This document shows positions 21,432 through 32,089 of a stretch of 64,000 nucleotides of DNA, in pieces. Location of the stretch: positions 1,054,001-1,118,000 of the forward strand of contig JANHCV010000008.1 in the NCBI GenBank assembly GCA_025594325.1, written 5' to 3'. Source of the DNA: Blastocladiella emersonii ATCC 22665. Lineage: Eukaryota; Fungi; Blastocladiomycota. Positions within the stretch are counted from its first letter, which is position 1. Each line of letters opens with the position of its first letter. The notes under the pieces are model-generated. The model saw only the letters and a program-made list of their open reading frames with translations. It was not told the origin of the DNA and ran no database searches. Both the position numbers and the translations under genes were made by a program.

Positions 21432-22760
21432 TCATTCTCCATGAAGTTGCTCAACTTTCAACCAAAACCGGTGCACAACGTCATCGCGCACTACACGCGG
21501 CAGGTGCAACAGCGTGTTGAGGAACGCGGCCGCGCGCGCCACTATCCCGCTCCCGCTTCCAGTCAGTGAGTGCGGCGTGGAGAGCTCCCGCGCAATGACC
21601 GCAGTGAGATCCAGCAACCTCGATCGTGACATTCCACGACCCGCGCTGGGCAGCCGCGCGCGGCCAATCTCGCGGTATGCAGCAATTACGGCGCGCGCGT
21701 GCGGGCGCATGTCGTCCAGCTCGGGGCACCGGGCAACCGAGTGTCGCTGGCTCGTGGCACGGAACCAGTCGCTCTGGTTGCAGAAGGCACAACCCGGCGC
21801 GAGGGAGGAGTGGGATTGTGCAGCCACCGCTGTGCTGCCGCGCGGCGCGGAAGAGGGAATCACCACGTCACGAAACTGTGCGACCATGGAATCAAGGCTT
21901 GCATCCCGCGAAGCGACGTGCGATGAGAGCAAGGCGACCGGGGTGCCGAGCGCGCCATACAGCCGGTTGACGAACACGTTTTTGATATGCCGCTGTGCCT
22001 TGAACGCGTTGTCAACGACGGCCACATCGCCCAAAATGCGGCAGAAGCGGACGTAAAATGCTTCCACAGTCTCGCCCGGTTCGGGCATCGTCGCGAGCCA
22101 CCGCTCCTTCCACTCGGACATCCAGTTCGGATCGGCCGCAAGAAGGAACAAGCGCCGCGTCTCGCGATCATCCGTCATCGACTCACGAAGGGACACAGAG
22201 TACACGGCGTACAGATCCTTGCCCACATTCGAGCGCGCAGAGAGCAGGAGCGCCGCGAGCGGGACACCGGGCACCACGCGGGCGAGGAGGTCAACGAAAT
22301 CGGACGCCGACCGCGCGATCGTCTGCCGTTGGCGGCTCCGCGGGTGTCGCAGGTAGAAGGGCGCGTTGGAGCGGAGTTTCTCGAACAGGCCCGTGTCGTA
22401 TGCGTGATTTTCGTAAAAGAGCGTGGGAGCGGAGGCGGGTTGCGGAGGTGGCAGCGGTGCGACGGGCGAAAGCGGCGGTGGCGGGAGCTCGGCAGAGATT
22501 GTGGCGGACGACCCTGTCACGGAAAGAGCACCTCGCTCGGCGCGAGGCGGATCGACCACGGAACGATCGATCCGCTCTCGCAAGCGGTCGCGGATGCCCT
22601 GCAGCCGTGCTTCCATGGCGAGCTGGATCAGGCCGTGTTCGACGAGCGAGGCGCTCGGCACATTTCGGACAGAATCAAAGGAGAGCGCCAGGTTCCGCGC
22701 AGTGCTCAGTTCATCGTTGGTTTGCATGTTGCAGCGAGTGATTTCATGGTAGTAGTCCAT
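21432..22760 (-). CDS. Gag-like protein 2, tandem paralog
   Basis: Intact ORF from MDYYHEI. Core SDFVDLLARVVPGVPL..WKERWL..PEPGETVEAFYVRF and knuckle CAFC-x12-H-SVAR-C. Confidence 0.6.
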   Translation of the reverse strand: MDYYHEITRCNMQTNDELSTARNLALSFDSVRNVPSASLVEHGLIQLAMEARLQGIRDRLRERIDRSVVDPPRAERGALSVTGSSATISAELPPPPLSPVAPLPPPQPASAPTLFYENHAYDTGLFEKLRSNAPFYLRHPRSRQRQTIARSASDFVDLLARVVPGVPLAALLLSARSNVGKDLYAVYSVSLRESMTDDRETRRLFLLAADPNWMSEWKERWLATMPEPGETVEAFYVRFCRILGDVAVVDNAFKAQRHIKNVFVNRLYGALGTPVALLSSHVASRDASLDSMVAQFRDVVIPSSAPRGSTAVAAQSHSSLAPGCAFCNQSDWFRATSQRHSVARCPELDDMRPHARAVIAAYREIGRARLPSAGRGMSRSRLLDLTAVIARELSTPHSLTGSGSGIVARAAAFLNTLLHLPRVVRDDVVHRFWLKVEQLHGE

Positions 22761-23489
22761 GGTGCGGCACGCCTGAGAGTGAGCGGTTTGCGGCAAGCGA
22801 TGTGCAGTGATCTGGCCCGCGGCCGCCCGGGAGACGCCCACACGTGGCAACAAGAGCGCCGCGTTTCAAAAGACCGCGCAAACGCCTGTGCAAACGGCCC
22901 GGCCATGGCCTTCAAAGTCGCGTCCCTGTGGCGGGCAACGGGCGGTGATTGGGGACAGCACGGAATCGAGGGCGAAAGCCCTCTTTCTAGACCGCATCGC
23001 GGCCGGATAGGCTGCCGACGCTCACGTGAGCATGTCGCCCTCTCGTCATGTGAATGTCCTCAAAACGCGTGACAGACGCGCCGTTTGTCATGTGATCGCT
23101 GTGGCGCAACGCGTCCTGGCCGTGCACGTGATCGGCCTCGGCTCAACCCCCGGAAGCGCGTCGCTTGACGCTGTTCCGCTCGGCCATCGCGGAACGTTTA
23201 ACGCTTTGCACCGACCCTCGACCAGGCCCGCGAGACTCCGAGCACATGAAAGCGTGAGAGATGCAGAAGCGCGGTAAGCCGCTAACGGAGCCCGTGCTTG
23301 GCGTGCGTGTTGGAAAACGGAGCCCGTGTTCGGTGCACATCCTTAAACGACGCGGTTCACCTGGGAGCCGCTAGCGCAGGCTCGTTGACGTGGGCGCGAG
23401 TTCAACGGTTGCACGGAGAACGACCTGCGAGGTCCCATGAACGTGAGTTCGAGTGAGGACTGCGAGGTCGAGAGATCCGCTCTTTGAGT

Positions 23490-24190
23490 TGCGGTCCGTT
23501 ACACGGACGGGTCGCTCCGTGGCTTGGGTTTGCCAGACGTTGCAGCGGGCGCCAACATCTTCGTGAGCGGATCGCTGGAACTCGCTGTTCGCGTGGGTGC
23601 GGGTCCGCGCAACGTGCTCGCTCGAGTGGGCCGTGCTCCGCTGGATCATCGCGGCCCGCGAGTTCCAGGTCGAGTGGGTCCATGGCCACGCCGTGAACTT
23701 GGAGAATGAGGAGGCTGACGCGCTCGCCAATAAGGGCTGCCGCGCATCTCCCGCTGTGAATCGCCGCCGCCGTCCGCGCGGACCTCGATGCGCCCTTCAA
23801 GGCGCGCAGGCGCGGCTGCGACTTCAACTCAGTCCCGCGACGCGCTCTCCGCCGCCTGCACGACGCGCGACACGACCCGCTGCTCTCTCTGACCGCGTCC
23901 GCTGGCATCACGTCCTCCCCCATCGATGTCCCAGCCCTTGTCACTGCGCTTCGGGGCAGCACGCGCCGCATCCACCCGAGCGAGTCCCTCACCGCGAACT
24001 CGCTCCCGTGCTTCCAGCTCCGCGCGCTCGCAGGCCAGCTGCCGACCCGCGGCTGTTTGCACCAGCTCCGGCCGCACCGCTACGAGTCCCCCAACTGCGC
24101 TGAATGCCCAAAAAGCTGGCGGCAAGGTCGCCGACACTCAAGCGTACGCGTTTGAGTGCACACTCTTCGCGCGCAATCGTCTCCGCGGCA
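23490..24190 (+). mobile_element. 5'-truncated, decayed LINE relic: RNase H remnant + zf-RVT-like C-terminus
   Basis: YTDGS at 23500 and VEWVHGH..NEEADALA at about 23670-23730 are RNase H motifs. FQLRALAGQLPTR..LHQLRPHRYESPNCAEC..DTQAYAFEC is a non-LTR ORF2 zinc-finger motif. Frameshifted. Confidence 0.75.
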
Positions 24191-24570
24191 CTGGACGACG
24201 TCCGCATCGTAAACGCCCTCGCGGCGGTCGACAAGGGCTAGATCGGGGGCAGGCTCCGCACCAGCGTCACCGGATCGCTCGCGGCGAGCGCCTTCTCAAC
24301 CCAAAACAGCGTGACCGCCATTGTGGACGCACCACTCGTCGCGTGGTTCAAACAGCTTTACTGAGACAAACTCATCGATCTACGCCTCGCGCTCCTGCCG
24401 CGACGGCCATCGCCTCGAGCGCCATGCAGGAACTTGCTTGGCGCCCTCGCTGCAGCGCGATTGCTGATGCCGCGCCGGTGACACATGACGGCACTCAACG
24501 CGAGCGACCAACCGCACCATCCTTTGTTGAAGCGCGCGCATCGCGCAGCAGGGGAACGCGCTGTGCTGTG

Positions 24571-24774
24571 ACGCGCAAAGCTGCGACGCGCAAAGCTGCG
24601 ACGCGCAAAGCTGCGACGCGCAAAGCTGCGACGCGCAAAGCTGCGACGCGCAAAGCTGCGACGCGCAAAGCTGCGACGCGCAAAGCTGCGACGCGCAAAG
24701 CTGCGACGCGCAAAGCTGCGACGCGCAAAGCTGCGACGCGCGAAGCTGCGACGCGCGAAGCTGCGACGCGCGAA
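24571..24774. repeat. 15-bp minisatellite (ACGCGCAAAGCTGCG)n
   Basis: 11 identical units, then 2 ACGCGCGAAGCTGCG variants and one partial unit; no spacers. Confidence 0.97.
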
Positions 24775-24787
24775 ACGGCTCAAGCGC

Positions 24788-24837
24788 CCAACGTGGCGCG
24801 GACTTTAGCCCTCGATTGAAAACCAGACGCGAAACGT
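24788..24837 (+). repeat. Copy of a small dispersed ~50 bp element (also 40393-40447 on +, and partially 35590-35620 on -)
   Basis: CCAACGTGGCG..TTTAGCCCTCGATTGAA(A/G)ACCAGACGCGAA(A/G)CGT is shared with 40393-40442. Confidence 0.8.
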
Positions 24838-24843
24838 TTCAAA

Positions 24844-27800
24844 CACAGTGAAAAAGCAAAATAAACAGCCGGTAAACAGCGTTTCCCCGAGTTGGTAAAC
24901 AGGAGGTAAACAGCCCGGTAAACCCAGTTTACGCCGGTAAAGGCTGTTTACCACCTGTTTGCGCTGGGAAACCCTGTTTACCAGGGCCAAGGAAATTATG
25001 AAGCTAAACTCGGGGTGAGCTTAAAATCAATGTTCCACATCAGGGAATATGCCCAATCGATGAACGACTACAGAAACTTAATTTATGCACTCAATCATCG
25101 TTCATATCACCTTCGTCACCCGCATCGTCTTCATCCATGAGCGCGGCGCGTTCCTCTGGCGGGAGCAGGTTCGGGTCGCCCGTGCCCGCGAGATCGATTT
25201 CGTGCGAGCTGTACGGGATCGGGATGTGGGCCGCGATCCACACCATCGTTCCGACAGGCACTTTGCCACCCTTGAGCTCGTTCAATGGACACGCACAGAC
25301 GCGGTCGCGGATCGCGCGCACGGGCAAGACGATCACGGAGCGTCAGAGTACGCGGCCAAGGAAATGTCGGCGTCCTCGAATCGCTTGCGCTTGGCCGCCG
25401 ATAAACTCGATTCGCGCAGGCTCATGAGAGTAAGAGGGCGGAGGATCGCGTAAATCATGCCGGCCATGTTGAAGAAGCGAGTTGCGTGGGCAATCACGGA
25501 GAACCATGGAGAGTTGGGTGCGACCGGAGTGAGTGTGCGCTCAAATGGCGCGTGCTTGGAAATGAGACCCTCGGCGAGCGTGCGTGGAATGATGGCGCGG
25601 AGGAGGGAATGCGAGCGGCTCTGGAGCGGAACGCCGCGAAGCTTTCCAGGCTTGAAGACGCAAACGGTCAAGCTGGCGCCCAACAGAAGCATGTCCTGCA
25701 GCTTCCAGTCAAGACCAAGTTGTTGATACTATGCCTGCAGAAGCGGACAGAATACCACAGCACTACTAAGAGCTCAGAAAGCACCCAGCGCAGGTTCGAG
25801 GAGCTTCGAGAGTGAATTTCTTTGTGCTTGAACTCGGGGTCGTGAACAAGCGGTTCAGACAAGTAAGCGCGGTCCAGGGGCTTTTCGAGGCTCGCAAGCA
25901 AAGGCTGCTGTTTCACGGCCAAGTCGGTCAGAGTTGTTGATGGCGCTGTTTCGAGCGCTGCGTGGGCCGTTTGCGACGTGGTCGCCGCCAGCTCATGGAA
26001 GATAGCTAACTCGAAAATCGACGAGTCCGAACGAATGCGACTGATCTAGCTCATGGAATGGGCGCATAGTGCGTTGCGCGCGAGCCGTACACGCGGCCTC
26101 ACTAGGGCAGCCGACGACGCTTGTGCAGCGGGCGGGGCGTAGCGCTCCAGTCTCGCAAAACGGCATAAATTTGACGCAATCCTGTCAAGTTCATATTCTG
26201 AATACATTGCATCAAGTAGCATCTGAGGCATGCGACAACCGTGCGAGTTAGGTGGAGGGGCGAGTGAACGAGCTGAGGCGGGCGTGGGAACTCGTTCGCT
26301 CGACGCCACTGCAACGGCGTGCCTGTTCGCCCTCGCCACGCCCGATCTGCGCGGACAAGGGGATAATCCGCATCGAGAGCTTCTTGATTGGAGCTTGCGA
26401 TAAAGATCAGTTTCTCAGCGCCGGCTCGAGGACTACCTGGCAGGCGACGTCGCGGACGAGGACGTGTTGCGGGACCCGGCGAACGACCTCAGCAACCACC
26501 GCAACGAGAGGCTCACTACCAACGAAGGGAACTCCGAGGATGACCCGCCCGTTCCACCCGGGCGTCGTGGTGGAAGTGAGCCTGCGCGACTGCTGTCCGG
26601 GCCGCGGGGCTGCCCTTGCCTCGACTTTGTTCCTCCTCGTTCCACGCGCGCAGATTGTTGTCTTCTCACTACTCCTAGCGAGCTCAGCGTCGGCTTCGGG
26701 GAATTGTAGCTCGGCGGCCTGCGAAAGGGGCTGCGAGACGCGTCCAGAAAACACGTGGGGGTCATCGGCACGTGACGTGGCCGGGCTGGTGACTCGGCGC
26801 GCGTCGGCCGGCGATCTCAGGACTTGTCGCCGCGCGGCGGTCGCTCCCCGCTCCCGCTCTCTCAATGCATCCGCCCCGCAACGATGTACTCTATACCCTC
26901 GCAGCACGGCACTCTCGCTGGCCGCCGTCACTGGGTACGCCCCGCCGCCCCCTCGCTGCCCCTCGCTGCCCCTCGCTGCCCCTCGCTGCGTCGCGCTCGC
27001 CGTCGCCGCGCTTGGCTCCAGTCGCACTGAACCTCGCGGTGCGAGCCCCGCACGCTGCCGCCGGCCACGCTCGCCACCGCGCTGTACCGCGCGAGCCGTC
27101 CCGCCGTCATGGCGCCGTGGGTGCTGTCTCGCCGCCATCGTGTCGCCGCCGCGCGTGCGCGTGTCTCACGCGCGCGCGACGCGCTGTCGTGCGCTAGCTC
27201 CACCCGCGCGCTGTCCTGCAGCGACAGGGCACGGCGCAGCGCGAGGAGACGCACCCGCTGCGCCATCAGCCGCGCGCGCATGAACCAGCGGGACTAACGA
27301 CTGAGCGGCGCTCGTGTAGCCGGCCGCGCGCGCATCCGAGTCCGCGGTCTCAAGACCTTCGACTCACGCGTGCCCGGCCATCGAGCTGGCCGCGCGCCAC
27401 ACGGTACGCTGCTGGCTGCGCGTCAGTTCCGCGCGCCTCGGTCTCACAGCGCGCATCTGTACAGTTGGTGAGCTCGCTCAAGCTTCTCGGTCGCGGCCGC
27501 CGCGCGGCGCGAGTCCACGTCTCGTATAACACCTCGAGCGCCCCTGCCCCTGCCGTGCCACGCGTCCCGCCGCCTCAGCACGCGGCAACACGGTATGCTG
27601 TCTGCTGCCGTCTGCTCGCGCGCCTCGACGCGCAACGCGACTCGCTCGACCGCATGAGTGCGTGTCTAGGCGCCGCACCGCGTATCAAGCCCGTTCCGCG
27701 CTCGAGGTACGCGTCCCCTTCCGTACGGCGACCGCGACCATGCACTGACGCGTCACCGTCGCCCGTAGCACTCGCTCATCGCCACCACCGTCCCGTCGTA

Positions 27801-28362
27801 GCCTCGGCGCTCTGCCGCACCTCCTCCCCTCACCCTCGCTGCCACCAATGCAACCTCATTTCCTTCATCCTGCTCGACCATGTGCGCCGCCTGCTCTGCA
27901 CCTACGACCCGGACGGGCGCCAGGTCGCGAGCGGCGCGTGCTGTGAGAACCGAACCGGATCGGGGCCGAAAACCGGCCCTGGTCCGGCTTTTTTTATTGC
28001 TCCAAATTCAGCCCGGTAAACAGCGTTTGCGCCGCCTGTAAACCGAACTTCCCGTCGGTAAACCAGCTTTACCGCTCGGTGTAAAGCTTGTTTACTGGCT
28101 GGTAAACTCAGTTTACCGCCCCGGGAAAGCTGGTTTACCCGCCGGGTTAGGTGCTGAATTCGACAGGGCTAAGTGCTGATTTGAGGCCCGAATTCTCAAC
28201 CTAACCTCTCCCCAATAAACAGGTGGTAAACCACCTTTACGCGGTAAACAGCCCGGTAAACTGCTGTTTATTTGGCCGCTGTAAACAGCCCTGTTTACAG
28301 CCGCGAAATCCTGTTTACCACCTGTTTACCTGGCTGTTTACCGGGGCCCCTTTTTCACTGTT
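24844..28362 (-). mobile_element. TIR DNA transposon element 1 (3519 bp), CMC/EnSpm-like, non-autonomous
   Basis: Ends CACAGTGAAAAAG and CTTTTTCACTGTT, flanked by AA on both sides. Subterminal GGTAAAC/GTTTACC arrays in both orientations at both ends. Decayed transposase-like ORF on the minus strand. Confidence 0.8.
25091..26050 (-). pseudogene. Transposase C-terminal remnant in element 1
   Basis: Frameshifted pieces VFKPGKLRGVPLQSR..IIPRTLAE..ATRFFNMAGMIYAILRPL..IVLPVRAIRDRVCACP..IPIP align with the ORF in element 2. Confidence 0.6.
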
Positions 28363-28535
28363 AACGCGTATGGCACCTAACGAGATCGCCGACCTGCCGT
28401 GTCCTGACGGGATGGAGCCGACGTCATTTGCGCTCTCCTGTCACGGCATGGTGTGCGACGCTGTCGGCAAAATCATTGCCGGCTACTTTCGCTGCGACGC
28501 GTACGACACGCTCGCCAAGATCGAGGAGGAGCTCA

Positions 28536-31500
28536 CACAGTGAACAGGCGGGGCAAAGTTCCTTTGTAGCGGCGACAAAGTAAACCCGCAAAGGATTGCA
28601 AAGTAACTTTGGGCCAACAAAGTAATGCAAAGTTACTTTGCGCAAGGGATTACTTTGCGGCCTTGAACAAGATTACTTTGGAAACGTTTACTTTGAACCC
28701 GCGCGCAAAGTGCCATGGGACCCGGAGCGCAAAGTTACTTTGCTGCACTTAGTGGTTCGGATAGCTGGTCGCGGCGGCGAGCAGCAGATTCGCCGCCTGA
28801 TCCGCTCGCTGATGGGTCGGCACTGCATTGAAGTAGCAGCAGAAACAATTATATATCGCTTCAGTTAAAGTCGTTGCCACCGTTGACCCCCGCCCCTGTC
28901 CCGCCATGCGGTTCCATGGCCGGATCGCCCGCGCCGGCCGTGTCAAGCTTGCTGTGCCGCGGGATCGGGATGCGCGAGATGGTCCACACAAACTCGTTGT
29001 CGGCGGGCGCGTCGCGAGCCGCCAGCGGTGGCCGCCGCTCGTCAGGGCACACGCACGCGCGGTCGCGAATAGCGCGGATCGGCACGACAATGGGCCGCGT
29101 GAAGTTAACGTAGCGCACGCGGCCAATACCCGCCACCACCGCCCGCGTCGCGGCTGCCGGATTAAGGTCGTTGTGGCGCAGCGGGTACATGGCGAGCGGG
29201 TTCAGCGCGGCAAACGCGACGCCGTCGAGCTTGAAAAAGTCGGTGATTTGGCCGTAGATGGACGACATGGCCGGTTCTGGTTCCGGCATCACGAACCGCG
29301 TGTAGCGGTCCAGCGCGGGGAACGCGCCGGCGACCAAGAACATGCGATCCGCCACTGTCGTGGGGATCACGACGCGGACGACAGCGTCCTCGCGACACTG
29401 GAGCGGCACGCTCGACAGCGTCGCCGAGTGGAACACGGACACGGACGCATGGTAAGCGTTGCGCGAGAGCATCTCGCCGTCGAGCCGCAGCTTGCGGCGG
29501 AACCACGAGTACCCGATCGAATCCTCCGTAGCCGCCGATCCGTCGGGCTCGAGAAGCACCGCATGCGAAAAGGACGTGAACGCTGCGGCGAGGTCGGTGG
29601 AGAGTGGGTGCGCGGTCGTGGTCCGGTGCTCGACGTGGGCCTCGCCCGAGTTGGACCCCCGTCGGCCGGGCAGCAGCGTGGCGATGCGCGGCACAGCGGC
29701 CACGGCGGCGCGGATCGTCTGGTCGAGCCTCTGATGGCGGTCGTAAGGTCGTGAAATTCGTCAACCGCGCGCTCCACCACGGCGACCGTTACAATTGGGT
29801 GCTTAGGAAAACGATACTAGCGAACGAGCATCACCCGCTCCCCATAGATCGCTGACAATGCGGAACAAGGAAGGGTACACTGGGGGCGCCTCGTGGTGCA
29901 CTCGAGGGCCTTATAAATAGCTTAGAACTTGTCTGACTTAAGATCCTTGCTTTCCGGGTAGTAGCCGGTCAGAAATCGCCTGAAGCAGCGTAAGGGTGGC
30001 GCTGTGTGGCGGCCTGGTCGAGCTGACAAGAGGTACAGGTTCGCCCAAATGGCGCCGTCTAGAGAAGGCTTTAATGTTGTTGATGCATTTGCAGTAAGTG
30101 ACAAAGGTCCCGCGTCGCTGGTGTGTCGGGGTTTGGGAGAGAAGACGTGCGGCGGCCTGCCCAGTGGCAGCCAACCTGCAGCCAGCCCCGTCGCGGACTC
30201 CATTTCCGGACTTCGCCGCGCTCCCATCCACAACACTCGTTCATTGGGTGACCGACGCTGCGATGCCTGACTAGGTGCGTCCGTTAGACATCTCTTAGGA
30301 GTGGATCCGCAAGCTCGCCGAGGTCAACTCGAGGCGGTCCGCTTCATGCCCGCTTCGACCCGCGTCCCACAGCCCCGGCCAGCAGTACCGTTGGTGCGGG
30401 TGATGATAGAGCTCCAGGTGGTGTGTTTGTGAGGGTGGCTAGTATGTTGCGCGCGAGCACCAAGACGTATCGCGAGTCGCGGTCCGCGACGAGACTGCGC
30501 GGCGCAGCGTTCTGTTTCTTAACGAACGCGAGGACCGAAGTTTGAGTTGCTACGATTGTTTTCTGCATCGTGTATGGTGGTCCGGGGTGGCGCGGACGCG
30601 TCGGGTGCGGCTCGGGCCGGACGCGCGAGACAGTGCGAGACGCGTCGCGATATCACGTGAAGCGCGTTTTTTGATCGGCGCGCTGCGCGTTGGCCGCTTC
30701 GGCGCTTCGGCGGTGGACTCTGCGCTTCCGCAGCCACACGCCCCCGCCCGCTCGCTCCCGCCCGGCCCCTACATAACCGGGCGGGTCCCCTTGCACCGAC
30801 CGACGCTCCTGCACACGCTCGCCGCCGCCGCCATCCCATACGCCGCTCCACGCCGCCGTCGCTGCACACTCGACCCGCGCCCGCCGACCAAGTGGAGCTT
30901 GCCGCCCGACCGATTGACGCTAAACGACGACACGCACCCGCACTCGCACGCTTGGCTCCACGTCACGGTGCGCATCCCCGCGACCCGCTCGTCACGGCGC
31001 ACGCGCGCGGCGGCGACGTCGATCGCCCGCCCGCCCACCTCTCGTGCTGATGGGCGCGAGACCGACGTGGATGCCGCTCCGCCGCCGCCGCCCTGCTCGC
31101 CGTCTCTCACACATCCGCGCCCGCGCAGTGTGTCTCACTCGCTCTCGTCGCGATTCCGTAGCTCGCGCGCCCCGCATCAGCGCTGAGCGGCCCGCGCAGT
31201 CGCGTCGGTTGCCACCACGACCACGGCGAGCGGGTACGCCTCCTGCAAGCGCGCTGGGTCGCAGCTCAGTGTCTCACGTCCGATCGCTCGCGCTCGCTGC
31301 CCGTCTAGACGCGTGGAGACGGTGCCAACTCGGTGCTCGAGCTTGACGAAGTCGCGTGCGGTCTCGGTACGATTGCGCTTCTCGCCTCGACCAGCGCGGC
31401 GACGACTAACTCGGCGCCTGCCGCGATCCGTTCCGTCTAGTCGAGCGCTCAGGTGCCACGGCGGCCAAGGCGGGCGCGACACGGGTACGTCCTCGTACTG

Positions 31501-32089
31501 CTTGCGCGACAGCTCCCTCAATCCCGCTCCTCACCGCGGTCCCCCGCGCTCGCCCCGCTGTAGCCTCGACCGAGCGCGTCAAGTGCTTCAACATGACCAC
31601 GGCCCCAAGTGACGGCGGCGGCGCAAGGACCGCGGCAGCGGCGCGCGCGCGTGCATGGGCTCAACGCGGGCGCGGCGCGGGTGCGGTGCGGGCGGACCGT
31701 GGTCGTGGCGGCGGTCGTCGCAGTAGCAGTGCGGGTGCGGTGCTGGGGTGCAGGGCGCGCGCGCTGGCCGCGGCCCTGAACCCAGCGCTGCACCCGCTTT
31801 TTTTTGCGTCCCGTGATCCCTATACAAAGGCCCTTTGTATACTTTGGACGGATTACTTAGTAAAGCTTTGAGGATGCTTAGGCCGAAACCCGCGCAAAAG
31901 AAACCGCAGTCCAAAGGATTCAAAGCGACTTGAACCGGCCCTCACCCAAAGTTTCCAAAGTAACTAAGTCGCCGCAAAGGATCCCAAAGTGACTTAGAAG
32001 TGTTCCGTCCAAAGGAAACGCAAAGTAAACTCCAAAGGGACTTTGCCAATCCTTTGTATCCTTTGGAGCCCGGGGCCCTTTTCACTGTG
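28536..32089 (-). mobile_element. TIR DNA transposon element 2 (3554 bp), CMC/EnSpm-like, non-autonomous
   Basis: Perfect CACAGTG..CACTGTG ends. The right end GGGGCCCTTTTCACTGTG resembles element 1 GGGGCCCCTTTTTCACTGTT. Subterminal CAAAG/CTTTG arrays and a 10-bp-stem hairpin at 31821-31841. Confidence 0.8.
28861..29900 (-). pseudogene. Transposase C-terminal remnant in element 2 (open 28861-29703, decayed upstream)
   Basis: VFHSATLSSVPLQCR..VIPTTVAD..YGQITDFFKLDGVAFAALNPL..IVVPIRAIRDRACVCP..IPIP is collinear with the element 1 remnant. Confidence 0.6.

Noticed and set aside
19928-24190. Gag-like pair plus RNase H as one LTR or LINE retrotransposon
   Set aside because: The RNase H/zf-RVT relic is on the opposite strand, is LINE-type and is decayed. 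No RT, protease, integrase, LTRs or PBS link it to the Gag-like genes.
24571-24774. CRISPR array
   Set aside because: Units are directly adjacent with no unique spacers, and the context is eukaryotic. The same applies to 62388-62484 and 49243-49318.
24844-24885. True RAG-type RSS (heptamer + 12/23 spacer + ACAAAAACC nonamer) or ProtoRAG/Transib element
   Set aside because: The heptamer is present but no nonamer lies at 12 or 23 nt at any of the four ends, there is no 5-bp TSD, and no RAG1-like motifs were seen.
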